Source: an uncultured bacterium
GTDB taxonomy: Bacteria > Vulcanimicrobiota > Xenobia > Xenobiales > Xenobiaceae
DNA length: 64,000 nucleotides
Assembly (NCBI GenBank): GCA_934621605.1
Contig: CAKTUZ010000012.1
Coordinates: forward strand, 12,074 to 76,073
Direction of reading: 5' to 3'
A program made the translations under genes and the position numbers. Below the pieces are notes generated by a model. It was not told the origin of the DNA. It made no database searches and was given only the letters and a program-made list of their open reading frames with translations. Below, piece after piece: positions 9,808-19,474 of the stretch. Numbering within the stretch: position 1 is the stretch's first letter; each line of letters starts with the position of its first letter.

Positions 9808-12117
9808 TTGTTCCATACTGATTTATCCAGGACGTCTGGTGTGTCAAATGGCATTGATTTATCTCGTTTCAATTGGAGCAATTACGACTTAATAGTTATT
9901 GACGAATCACACAATTTCCGCAACGGTATAGGCACTCGCCAGGGCGAAAATCGCTACCAAAAACTTATAAATAAAGTGCTGCGCAGTGGCGTTAAAACTA
10001 AAGTGCTTATGCTTTCGGCAACTCCAGTTAATAACAACTTTAGCGATTTAGAAAACCAGCTGGCTTTAGTTTATGATGGCGGCGACTCTTCTAAATTAGA
10101 TGAAAAGCTCAATACCTCTAAAAGCATCAACAATATTTTTACCCAAGCTCGCAGTGCTTTTAAAGAGTGGAGTAGATTATCTATTGAAAAGCGCACTACC
10201 GATACTTTATTAAAGAAGCTTGACTTTGATTTTTTCGAACTTTTAGACAGTTTAACTATCGCACGTTCGCGAAAGCATATCGTTAAATATTACAATACAA
10301 CAGAAATAGGCGTTTTCTCCCATAAAAATAGGCCCATTTCTTTGCGTCCGCCTCTTACCAACATAAGTAACTTAAATTCAGCAGCTACTTATAGCAAAAT
10401 TTATGGGCAGCTTATGACTCTCAGTTTAGAAGTTTACACACCTTTTAAGTATATTTTGAAAACTAAAAAAGACGAGTATATTAGGAAGCTGGCTCGCAAG
10501 CAAAGCAGTAAATTATCTGATGATAAAAAGCTAAAATTCTTTGAAGGGCGCGATAATGGCGTCATTCGTTTAATGGCTACTAACCTTCTGAAGCGTTTGG
10601 AAAGTTCTATCCATTCTTTCAAAATTACTTTAGAAAAAATGATCTTTTTAATTGATAATACAATTAAAAAGATTGATGATTATGAAAATGAAAGTTTAAT
10701 TCACCAAACTGCTAGTAAGGAAATTGACACTTTTGAGCTCTCAAACAGCGAAGATTTGGATATTAGCGATGAAGAAACAGAGTTTTTCACCGAAAGTAAA
10801 AGGGTAAAAATTGCTATTGCTGATATGGATTATGTAACTTGGCGTGCTAGTTTGCGAAAAGACGTAGCTATTCTAAAAGATGTAGCTAAAGCGGTACAAA
10901 ATATTACTCCAGAACATGATGCCAAATTGCAAGAATTATTGCATTTAATCTCTTCTAAAATTGAGCATCCTATCAACGTCGGCAATAAAAAGATCATTAT
11001 TTTTTCAGCTTTTTCTGATACAGCTAGTTATCTTTACGATTATGTCAGTCAATATGTAAAAGCTAAATATGACTTAAATTCTGCACTTGTTACTGGCGAT
11101 AAGGAAAAAACAAATTTAAAAGTTGAATGTAGTAAAGCTCTTCGCTTAAACGATATTTTGACCTATTTTTCGCCTATTTCTAAAGATCGAGACAAGATCT
11201 TTCCTGGCAGCCGAGATGATATTGATATTTTAATTGCTACCGATTGTATTTCTGAAGGTCAAAACTTACAAGATTGCGACTATTTAGTCAATTATGATAT
11301 TCACTGGAACCCTGTGCGCATTATTCAGCGCTTTGGACGTATAGATCGTATTGGCAGCCACAATAAGTGTATCCAGCTAGTCAATTTTTGGCCCGACGTA
11401 AACTTAGACGATTATATCAGTTTAGAAGATCGCGTCAGAGATCGCATGAAACTTACCGTCATGGTTAGTACGGGTGATGATAATCCCATTAGCGAAGAAA
11501 AAGGCGACTTAGAGTATCGCAAGCGCCAGTTACAACGTTTACAAAATGAAGTTATCGATATTGACGAAGACTCTGAAGGCGGAATTTCCATTATGAACTT
11601 AGGCTTAAATGAATTTCGTCTCGACTTGCTCGATTATATAAAAAAACACGGACACTTAGACAAAAAGCCCTTGGGACTTTATGCTGTAGTGCCAGCTAGC
11701 CAAGATTTGCCCGAAGGCGCCATATTTATTCTGAAAAACATCAATCCCAATATGAACATCAATGGCAAAAACCGCATCCATCCTTTTTATATGATCTATG
11801 TAGATAAAGATGGCCGTATCCTTTGCAATTATCTCAACCCCAAGAAGTTGCTGGACGATGTGCGTTTACTTTGTCGCGGTAAAGCTGAGCCTATAAAGAT
11901 ACTGTGCGATAAGTTTAATACCGAAACAGATAACGGCAAAAATATGAAAGCTATGTCTAAATTGCTTAATAAAGCTATAAAATCTATTATCGATACAAAA
12001 CAAGATGAAGATGTAGACAGCTTATTTAGGCCCGGCGGTACTTCAGCTTTAGAAGGCGATATTTCCGGCTTGGAAGACTTCGAATTGGTTTGTTTCTTTG
12101 CTGTTAGGGAGCTGTAA
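9808..12117 (+). CDS. SNF2/SF2 helicase-related protein, N-terminally truncated. The frame opens at helicase motif II and is open back to 9697.
   Basis: DLIVIDESHNFRN (motif II), LSATPVNN (motif III), and C-terminal helicase motifs IIFSAFSDTASYL...IATDCISEGQNLQDCDYLVNYDIHWNPVRIIQRFGRIDRIG. Motif I and upstream domains are absent. Confidence 0.7.
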   Translation: MFHTDLSRTSGVSNGIDLSRFNWSNYDLIVIDESHNFRNGIGTRQGENRYQKLINKVLRSGVKTKVLMLSATPVNNNFSDLENQLALVYDGGDSSKLDEKLNTSKSINNIFTQARSAFKEWSRLSIEKRTTDTLLKKLDFDFFELLDSLTIARSRKHIVKYYNTTEIGVFSHKNRPISLRPPLTNISNLNSAATYSKIYGQLMTLSLEVYTPFKYILKTKKDEYIRKLARKQSSKLSDDKKLKFFEGRDNGVIRLMATNLLKRLESSIHSFKITLEKMIFLIDNTIKKIDDYENESLIHQTASKEIDTFELSNSEDLDISDEETEFFTESKRVKIAIADMDYVTWRASLRKDVAILKDVAKAVQNITPEHDAKLQELLHLISSKIEHPINVGNKKIIIFSAFSDTASYLYDYVSQYVKAKYDLNSALVTGDKEKTNLKVECSKALRLNDILTYFSPISKDRDKIFPGSRDDIDILIATDCISEGQNLQDCDYLVNYDIHWNPVRIIQRFGRIDRIGSHNKCIQLVNFWPDVNLDDYISLEDRVRDRMKLTVMVSTGDDNPISEEKGDLEYRKRQLQRLQNEVIDIDEDSEGGISIMNLGLNEFRLDLLDYIKKHGHLDKKPLGLYAVVPASQDLPEGAIFILKNINPNMNINGKNRIHPFYMIYVDKDGRILCNYLNPKKLLDDVRLLCRGKAEPIKILCDKFNTETDNGKNMKAMSKLLNKAIKSIIDTKQDEDVDSLFRPGGTSALEGDISGLEDFELVCFFAVREL

Positions 12118-12120
12118 AAA

Positions 12121-12828
12121 ATGGCAGAGGAGATTGGCAATATGTGGAACTTTCCGCCGGAAACAAAATTAGCTGCCACAAAAGCTAATGTATTTAAAGG
12201 AATGTACGAGCGATTTAATAACAGTTTGTCTATGGCGCAAAGAAGCTTGAAAAGAACTTTTAAGCGACAAATAAAAGATATACTTTGGCTCAACAAATTG
12301 GCAGCTAATACTTTACACTTAGAAAGAGAACAGCAGGCTAGGGAAATACAAGTATTTACCATTGACTTAATTGAACCTGATTTACATAGAGATATTCTTC
12401 AGCAACTGGACAGAATTGTACCTTATTACATTTTGTTTATCTTGCGCTATCAAAATAGGCGTCAGGCTATTATAGCTTATAAAGAATTTGACGAAGAAGG
12501 CAATGTATCTAAAGTTGACCCTTACTTTGGGACAGGCTGGCTAGCTGAAACAGAATCTCCATTTGAATTTAAGGCAGCTTCTTCTATAGAAGGAGTATAC
12601 ACTAATATTATACGCCAAGTAGCTGGGCCGACTTTAAGTTATTTTGATACTTCACGCTCTTTAAAAGAAAATATAGAAATTCAAACTCAACTGAAATTTC
12701 TCCAAGCACAAATAGATAATCTCAATCAAAAGATACGCAGAGAAAAGCAACCCAAAGAAAAACACAGACTGTTCGCTTGCAAAAAAGAATTTGAGGAGCA
12801 AAAGCGCCATTTCATTATCAACTTATAA
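12121..12828 (+). CDS. DUF4391-like protein.
   Basis: 235-aa ORF that starts 4 nt after the helicase stop, suggesting translational coupling. The family assignment is from memory of DUF4391 proteins encoded downstream of methylase-helicase pairs and is hedged. Confidence 0.5.
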   Translation: MAEEIGNMWNFPPETKLAATKANVFKGMYERFNNSLSMAQRSLKRTFKRQIKDILWLNKLAANTLHLEREQQAREIQVFTIDLIEPDLHRDILQQLDRIVPYYILFILRYQNRRQAIIAYKEFDEEGNVSKVDPYFGTGWLAETESPFEFKAASSIEGVYTNIIRQVAGPTLSYFDTSRSLKENIEIQTQLKFLQAQIDNLNQKIRREKQPKEKHRLFACKKEFEEQKRHFIINL

Positions 12829-13099
12829 AAATGGTATATAATACATACCAAAATAATACTATAAATATATAAATATATTTTATAACTTCCTATTTTTTAA
12901 GGTTTTATGTATTAAAAATAATAAATTAGTCTCTAATACTCTTGACTAATAATTTTGCTTTTGCTATATTCTGGGTAACAAAACTGCATATATAACCTCA
13001 TCCTCTTAAAATCTTATAACAATCAGTGCTGCGTAAATTATGCGGCACGTAAATGGCCTCTGAATAGTCGATAACAGAGGCTTATTTATTTCCTGGCTA

Positions 13100-13118
13100 T
13101 TTTTATGTATAATTTTGT
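13100..13118 (+). promoter_or_regulatory. Extended -10 promoter candidate (TGTATAAT).
   Basis: tttttatgTGTATAATtttg sits ~70 nt upstream of the 13185 start. A TTGACT-N17-TATATT pair also occurs at 12942-12970. Confidence 0.35.
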
Positions 13119-13184
13119 AGAAGATTTGACTTTTGTACCATAAATAGTGTTGTTTTTTTATGGAGAGGGGAATTTATTATTAAA

Positions 13185-14615
13185 ATGAATGCTGACCGGT
13201 TTGAGCAAATATTAGAAATTGGCGAAACAGTTGCCGTTGAATTTAAACGTTGCGGAAACGGCATAGAAGATGATGTCTATGAAACGGTTTGTTCATTTCT
13301 AAACAGGTTTGGTGGAGATATTTTTTTGGGCATTTTAGATGACGGTACAGTTTGCGGAGTTCCTGAAAAAGCAGCACCTGATCTTATAAAAAATTTTATC
13401 AAGCGTATTAGCAACCAAAACAGTTTCACTCCAACAGTATACTTAGCTCCTGAAATTCTTGATTATAATGACAGAACTGTTATCCATATACACGTTCCGC
13501 CTAGCGCTGAAGTGCATAAATTTAAGGGTATAATTTATGATCGCATTGATGATTCTGATGTAAAAGTAAGTGCTACATCTCAAATTGCGCAGATGTACAT
13601 TCGTAAGCAAAACATATTTACTGAACGTAAGGTATACCCCTACGTTGAAATGGCTGATTTGCGCTTAGATTTACTTCCTAAATTACGCCTTATGGCAGCA
13701 AATAGTAGTAGCAATAAACAACATCCTTGGATGAGCATGTCTGATGAAGAACTTTTTAAAAGCTCAAGGCTATACAGTATGGATCGCGCTACTGGAGAAA
13801 AAGGTTTAAATCTGGCAGCAGTTATGCTATTAGGTAAAGATGATGTCATCGCTGACATTGTGCCGACTTACGTTACAGATGCCCTCTTGAAAAGGGTAAA
13901 TATTGATCGCTATGATGATAGAGAAATTATAAAAACTAATCTAATCGAAAGCTATGAGCAACTTATGGAATTTGGTCGTAAACATTTATCTGATAAATTT
14001 TTCCTTGATGGAGACCAAAGAAAAAGTTTGCGTAACATAATTACACGCGAAATTGTGGCCAATACGCTTATTCATAGGGAATTTACTAGCTCTTATCAAG
14101 CTAAGTTTATTATAGAGTCTGATAAAATGTACGTTGAGAATGCTAGTAGAGCTGTGCAAAACGCTATTATAACTTTGGATAATTTAGAGCCAAATCCCAA
14201 AAATCCTATAATTGCCGCTTTTTTCAGAAATATAGGTTATGCCGATCAACTTGGTTCAGGCGTTAGAAATTTATTCAGATATAGCAAATATTATTCAGGC
14301 CAAGATCCAGAATTTTTTGAAGGTGATATTTTTAGAATTATAGTGCCTTTAGATGGAGCTACTACCCAAGCTACCCAAGTTACTACCCAAGTTACCCAAG
14401 CTACTACCCAAGTTACCCAAGCTCGATCTATTGATAGTGAACAAAAAATTGTAAATTTACTTCAGCAAAATCCGAGCGCTTCGCAAGCGGAAGTTGCTGC
14501 AAAACTCGGGATCAGCGTTAATGCAGTCAAGTATTATATCAGAAAGTTACGCGATCTCGGGCATTTAGAACGAGTTGGCTCTCCGCAAAAAGGTAAATGG
14601 ATAGTAAAATCTTAG
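13185..14615 (+). CDS. Schlafen-like ATP-binding protein (AlbA_2 + HATPase_c_4-like + C-terminal wHTH), paralog of 5090..6415.
   Basis: VAVEFKRCGNGIEDDVYETVCSFLNRFGGDIFLGILDDGTVCGV, with C-terminal QAEVAAKLGISVNAVKYYIRKLRDLGHLERVG. Confidence 0.75.
   Translation: MNADRFEQILEIGETVAVEFKRCGNGIEDDVYETVCSFLNRFGGDIFLGILDDGTVCGVPEKAAPDLIKNFIKRISNQNSFTPTVYLAPEILDYNDRTVIHIHVPPSAEVHKFKGIIYDRIDDSDVKVSATSQIAQMYIRKQNIFTERKVYPYVEMADLRLDLLPKLRLMAANSSSNKQHPWMSMSDEELFKSSRLYSMDRATGEKGLNLAAVMLLGKDDVIADIVPTYVTDALLKRVNIDRYDDREIIKTNLIESYEQLMEFGRKHLSDKFFLDGDQRKSLRNIITREIVANTLIHREFTSSYQAKFIIESDKMYVENASRAVQNAIITLDNLEPNPKNPIIAAFFRNIGYADQLGSGVRNLFRYSKYYSGQDPEFFEGDIFRIIVPLDGATTQATQVTTQVTQATTQVTQARSIDSEQKIVNLLQQNPSASQAEVAAKLGISVNAVKYYIRKLRDLGHLERVGSPQKGKWIVKS
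14344..14418 (+). repeat. Imperfect 9-bp tandem repeat (acccaagct/acccaagtt) encoding a TQ-rich linker.
   Basis: Encodes ATTQATQVTTQVTQATTQVTQA, lying between the ATPase-like region and the wHTH of the 13185 gene. Confidence 0.6.
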
Positions 14616-14673
14616 CTAGAGCTAGGATATATAGGTTGTGCATAAAAGTGGGTTCAAAAAAGAAAAACAAAAA

Positions 14674-15222
14674 ATGGAAAATATAATGTATACGAGCACT
14701 TATGATTCTGCAATTGGCAGCTTATTGCTGGCGGCTGACGATATAGGTTTAGTCGGTTTATGGCTCAATAGCGATCGCTTTTATGCCAATTTGTTGGCCA
14801 ACTGTGAGTCTGTTGTCAAAGAAACGCCTATTTTAGAGGCTGTCAAGCGTTGGTTAAACGCGTATTTTAGTGGACATGAACCAAAAGTTGAGGTGCCGCT
14901 TCATCTTATCGGCACGCCATTTCGCCAGGAAGTTTGGAAGTTACTTTTGCAAATTCCTTATGGCAAAGTAATTACATATGGAGATTTAGCTAAAAAAATG
15001 GCTGAAAAAAGGGGAGTTGAGCATATGTCTGCTCAAGCAATAGGTGGCGCTGTCGGCCATAATGAAATTTCAATTATTATTCCCTGTCATAGAGTTATTG
15101 GTGCTAATGGTAACTTAACCGGTTATGCCGGCGGAATAGATAAAAAGCTCAAATTGCTTGAGCTAGAAGGCGTAGATACGAAGAAGTTGTTTTTGCCTAA
15201 AAACTATAAAGCCAACGCCTAA
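14674..15222 (+). CDS. ogt: Methylated-DNA--protein-cysteine methyltransferase.
   Basis: PCHRVIGANGNLTGYAGG active-site motif. The start was chosen at MENIMYTS and is uncertain (the track ORF starts at 14638). Confidence 0.8.
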   Translation: MENIMYTSTYDSAIGSLLLAADDIGLVGLWLNSDRFYANLLANCESVVKETPILEAVKRWLNAYFSGHEPKVEVPLHLIGTPFRQEVWKLLLQIPYGKVITYGDLAKKMAEKRGVEHMSAQAIGGAVGHNEISIIIPCHRVIGANGNLTGYAGGIDKKLKLLELEGVDTKKLFLPKNYKANA

Positions 15223-15409
15223 TATTGCTAAGTTATTTTATAGCTTAGTGCACGCACATATGAATGGCCTCTGTTTAGTTAAGGAACAAAGGCTTTATTG
15301 TATATTTGGCGATCATGAAGTGAATATTTTATTGTAGGTATTTTGCCACCAAGCTCAAAAGGGCAGTTCGCATATTTGTAGTTTGATAGCGGAAAAGGAA
15401 GCAATAAAA

Positions 15410-16378
15410 ATGGACTTAAATCAACTAACAAGAAAAGTTCTTGATGGCGACCAAATTACTAAAGAAGAAGCACTTTTCTTGTACGGACAGCCTCTTTTAG
15501 AACTATGTGAAAAGGCTAATCAAATTCGTCAGCATTTTTGTGCTAATAAATTTGATATTTGTACAATTATCAATGCTAAAAGCGGAAAATGTTCTGAAAA
15601 TTGCAAGTATTGTGCCCAATCAGCTCACAATCATACCAATGCTGTCACTTATCCGCTTCTTTCTGAGAAAGAAATTGTCGATCAAGCTAAAGTTGATCAT
15701 GAGCAAGGAGTCCTTCGTTACTCAATTGTAACTTCAGGAAAGCGCTTATCTGATGCAGAAATAGATGCTGTTTGCGAAGCCGTTCGAGAAATTAAAGAAA
15801 AAGTTGGAATCTCTGTTTGCGTTTCCTTAGGACTATTAAATGAACAGCAATTTCGCAAGTTAAAAGAAGCTGGCGTAACAAGGGTGCATAACAATTTGGA
15901 AACTTCTCGCAGAAATTTCCCCAACGTTTGTACTACGCACAAATTTGAAGATAAAGTACAAGCAATTAAGGCTGCCCAGAAGGCCGGTCTCTCCGTTTGT
16001 AGCGGCGGCATTATGGGACTTGGCGAAACGGTCGAGGATAGGATTTATATGGCTTTTAGTTTGCGGGAACTGGGTGTACTTAGCGTGCCCGTAAATATGC
16101 TAAATGCCATTCCCGGTACGCCATTTGCTAATAATAAGAGATTAACTAATGAAGATATGTGCAGAATCGTCGCTGTCTATCGTTTTATTCTTCCCAAAGC
16201 TTCTATCCGTCTGGCCGGTGGACGAGGCTTGCTGCCAGATAAAGGAAAGAGTTGCTTGACTTCAGGAGCAAACGCTGCCATTTCTGGAGATATGTTAACA
16301 ACTGCTGGAATTACCACAAAAACAGATATGGCCTTATTAAAAGAGCTTGGGTATGAGGCAGAAATTTGCAATGAGTAA
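15410..16378 (+). CDS. bioB: Biotin synthase.
   Basis: Radical SAM motif CSENCKYCAQS. RBS AAAGGAAG lies before the ATG at 15410. Confidence 0.9.
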   Translation: MDLNQLTRKVLDGDQITKEEALFLYGQPLLELCEKANQIRQHFCANKFDICTIINAKSGKCSENCKYCAQSAHNHTNAVTYPLLSEKEIVDQAKVDHEQGVLRYSIVTSGKRLSDAEIDAVCEAVREIKEKVGISVCVSLGLLNEQQFRKLKEAGVTRVHNNLETSRRNFPNVCTTHKFEDKVQAIKAAQKAGLSVCSGGIMGLGETVEDRIYMAFSLRELGVLSVPVNMLNAIPGTPFANNKRLTNEDMCRIVAVYRFILPKASIRLAGGRGLLPDKGKSCLTSGANAAISGDMLTTAGITTKTDMALLKELGYEAEICNE

Positions 16379-16979
16379 AAATCTATTTGTTACCGGAACT
16401 GGAACAGATGTAGGTAAAACATATGTGACAGGTTTAATTGTCAAAAAGCTCAGAGAAAAGGGGATATCTGCGGCCTATTATAAGGCTGCCATGAGTGGCA
16501 ATGAACGCAGAGCGGATGACACTTTAATTCCAGGTGACGCCTTACAGGTAAAAAATATGTCTGGAATTGAGCAGCCTCTTGAAGAAATGTGTCAGTATAT
16601 TTATGAAACAGCTGTTTCTCCGCACTTGGCAGCAAAACTTGAGGGCAATCCTATTAGCATGGAATGTGTGCTGAAAAATTTTAACCATGTTTGCCAAAAG
16701 TATGATTATGTTACCATAGAAGGTTCAGGGGGAATTGTTTGTCCGCTTCGTTTTGATGAGCAAAAAATTCAACTTGAGGATTTTATTAAAGCTTGCAATT
16801 TAAGTTGCTTAGTAATAGCTGATGCGGGACTTGGTACTATCAATGCGGTTGTATTGACGATTGAATATATGAAAGCTCGCCAAATACCTATAAAAGGTAT
16901 TATCTTCAATCATTACGAGCCGGGCAACCAGTTACATGAAGATAACCGTTTGATGTGTGAAACTATGACACTGGCTTAA
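16371..16979 (+). CDS. bioD: Dethiobiotin synthetase.
   Basis: MSKNLFVTGTGTDVGKTYVTGLIV P-loop. The start overlaps the bioB stop by 8 nt. Confidence 0.85.
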   Translation: MSKNLFVTGTGTDVGKTYVTGLIVKKLREKGISAAYYKAAMSGNERRADDTLIPGDALQVKNMSGIEQPLEEMCQYIYETAVSPHLAAKLEGNPISMECVLKNFNHVCQKYDYVTIEGSGGIVCPLRFDEQKIQLEDFIKACNLSCLVIADAGLGTINAVVLTIEYMKARQIPIKGIIFNHYEPGNQLHEDNRLMCETMTLA

Positions 16980-17076
16980 ATGTAATTGCTTGTATAAAGA
17001 ATGGCGATACAAAGTTAGATCTTCCATTTGAAATTTTGGAAGGACTTTACGAATAGAGCAGAGGGACACGTATAAC

Positions 17077-18276
17077 ATGATTTGGTATCCGTACCAGCAA
17101 ATGAAAACAATGAAGCCTCCTTACAAAATTGTCAATGCGGAGGGAGTTTATTTGTATACCGAAGATCAGAAATTGATCGACTCTGTATCTTCTTGGTGGA
17201 GCGTCATCCACGGCTATAAACATCCGGAACTCAATCAAGCCATTGAAACGCAACTCAACAAATTCTCCCATGTGATGCTAGGTGGTTTAACTCATGATCC
17301 GGTAGAGAAGCTTTCTCAAAAGCTTCAGAGCTGGCTGCCTGGAGACTTAGATTATTGCTTCTTTTCTGATTCTGGCAGTGTTGCTGTAGAAGTTGCCCTT
17401 AAAATGGCCTTGCAATACTATATGAATCGCGGAGAAAGCCAGCGTACTATGGTATTGGCCCTAGAGCATGCATACCACGGAGATACGTTCAAAACTATGG
17501 AAGTTGGCGATGATGAAGATTATCATTTTGTTTTGAACGCCTATGGAAAAAGCAACTATGTTAAGCATATTCCTACCGATATAAAAGCTCTCGAACAAGC
17601 CTTTGCTCAATATCATGATCGCTTAAATTGCTTTATCGTTGAGCCTTTGTTGCAAGGTGCAGGCGGCATGAGAATGTATGACGTTTCCTTTTTACAGCGT
17701 GCCCGTGAGCTTTGCGATCAATATGATGTACTTCTTATCTTTGATGAAGTAGCTACAGGTTTTGGACGTACCGGAAATCGCTTTGTGGCTGATTTAGTCT
17801 TACCTGATATTATAGTCCTTGGCAAAGCTCTAACTGGCGGATATATGGGCCACGCTGTCACAGTAGCCAATCACAAGGTATATGAAGGTTTTTACGATGA
17901 TAATCCTACTCATGCACTAATGCATGGCCCTACATTTATGGGCAATGCCCTGGCTTGTAGCGTAATATTAAAGTCTATCGAGCTATTCGAAAAATATGAC
18001 TATATGTCTAAAATACGCAGAATTGAAGAAATAACTCGCCGTGAAATGGACGGTTTTTCTGATTCACGTATTAAGGAAATTCGTATTCTTGGTGGATGTA
18101 TATGCATCGAAGTATACGATCCAGCTACTATTAAAGAATATCAGCAATTTGCCTATGACCGTGGTGTTTTTAGTCGGCCATTCTTAAATTATCTATACGC
18201 CATGGTTCCTTATGTAATAGAAGAAAACGACTTAGTTAAAGTTTTACAAACAATGAAAGATTGGTTCTCTAAATAA
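17077..18276 (+). CDS. bioA: Adenosylmethionine-8-amino-7-oxononanoate aminotransferase.
   Basis: WYPYQQMK...SWWSVIHGYKHPELN, class III aminotransferase with the PLP lysine region DEVATGFGRTG. Confidence 0.9.
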   Translation: MIWYPYQQMKTMKPPYKIVNAEGVYLYTEDQKLIDSVSSWWSVIHGYKHPELNQAIETQLNKFSHVMLGGLTHDPVEKLSQKLQSWLPGDLDYCFFSDSGSVAVEVALKMALQYYMNRGESQRTMVLALEHAYHGDTFKTMEVGDDEDYHFVLNAYGKSNYVKHIPTDIKALEQAFAQYHDRLNCFIVEPLLQGAGGMRMYDVSFLQRARELCDQYDVLLIFDEVATGFGRTGNRFVADLVLPDIIVLGKALTGGYMGHAVTVANHKVYEGFYDDNPTHALMHGPTFMGNALACSVILKSIELFEKYDYMSKIRRIEEITRREMDGFSDSRIKEIRILGGCICIEVYDPATIKEYQQFAYDRGVFSRPFLNYLYAMVPYVIEENDLVKVLQTMKDWFSK

Positions 18277-18384
18277 GATCGCCAAATACTAATAAAAACT
18301 GTTAATTGTTGATAAAAGTATGTATATTTTGGTGAAAGTTAAGCGTTTGCCAAGATAGAGCCAGTTTGCAATAAAGGCTTGCTG

Positions 18385-18472
18385 CCCTATATTTATAGCT
18401 AGTTACGCCAAATTTAGCTATTATAAATAGTTCGGCAGCAAGCTTTATTTTTAAGCTAAAAAAAAGCCTAAA
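18385..18472 (+). terminator. Long-loop hairpin followed by a T-run, the likely bioA terminator.
   Basis: aaGGCTTGCTGCC ... GGCAGCAAGCtttattttt: a 10-11-bp stem around a ~45-nt loop that itself contains an imperfect palindrome. Confidence 0.4.
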
Positions 18473-18502
18473 TAACGCTAAAAAGCCATTTTATTACAAA
18501 AA

Positions 18503-18766
18503 CTAAGGTTCACGCATAACAACTTGGCATAAGTATCTGTTGAACTGGTCGTATTCAAGCTGAGATAATAAGCTAGGAGAAGACATCACAATTAGCTCAT
18601 GGCCAGCAAATCCAGGGCGGTAGGGTAGATGTATATGTTTAAAAGTGTTGGCCACAAAGCCGCAACGTTCATAGAACGATTTTCTACGTTTTGCAATGTC
18701 ATCAACTAAGGGATCTATTTCCAAAATTAGCTTTTTATCAGCATATTCTTTTCTTAATAATTGCAA
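18503..18766 (-). pseudogene. GNAT acetyltransferase, C-terminal fragment.
   Basis: Ends ...FYERCGF.. as in GNAT beta6-beta7, but at 87 aa it lacks the acetyl-CoA-binding motif region. It abuts the IS200/IS605 element. Confidence 0.45.
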
Positions 18767-19023
18767 AGTTCTTTTACCATATTGTTTATTTATAAGTTGC
18801 GCATTTTATGGCAAAATGCTCTATATAAATAAATTGATTAAACTCCCAAAAACAAATAATTCCTAACCATTGATCAGAATCACAAATAAGATCAAATTTG
18901 TATTCATAAATATAAATCCTTCCAATTGTAGTAGGCGGAAACCCACTGCCTTTAGGCTGTGGGAGGAGTCTTGTAAATTTTTGGACATTAACCTTGGTTT
19001 TCTATGTATTTTTGTATAGTAAC

Positions 19024-19390
19024 TTATGATACCTCGCCTATACTGCACACGAAAACCGTCTGACCAAAAGGTTTTCTTTTTTCAATATTGTTTGGACAAT
19101 AAGTTCGAATATTTTTGCCATAAGTATATGTAATTTCTTGCTGAATTACTTTTACAATATCGCAAACTCTGTCTACTGCATTATGACTTATTAAACAGTG
19201 TATATGGTCTTTATCAGCCTCCATTGCTATAAATATCATAGCCTCTAAAAGCACAGATGTCATAAAATTTTTGTTTTACGTCGTCAACTATAGAACCTGT
19301 AAGAAGCTGTTTACGATATTTAGTGACAAGAACTATATGAATTTTTAGGTTATATTTTCGTCTGTTATGACGATTATATTTATTATCCAT
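19024..19390 (-). pseudogene. tnpA: IS200/IS605 TnpA (Y1 HuH transposase), single frameshift.
   Basis: The N-terminal piece MDNKYNRHNRRKYNLKIHIVLVTKYRKQLLTG (19390 downward) is in one frame. The continuation ...EADKDHIHCLIS...(HuH-like) is in the track ORF 19024..19263 frame. Confidence 0.7.
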
Positions 19391-19474
19391 GTATTTTTCC
19401 TACAAAGTATTGATTTTAATTAATATATATTATTAAAATATACTTAGTAATATATAAGTGAAAGGAGTACATAT

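Noticed and set aside
9808-12828. Intact methylase–helicase–DUF4391 defence system.
   Set aside because: The helicase frame lacks motif I and everything upstream, and no methyltransferase gene is present. The upstream DNA is a type III R-M relic on the other strand.
18863-19048. 61-aa minus ORF between the GNAT fragment and tnpA.
   Set aside because: Short, with no RBS or domain, and it lies in the presumed IS left end.
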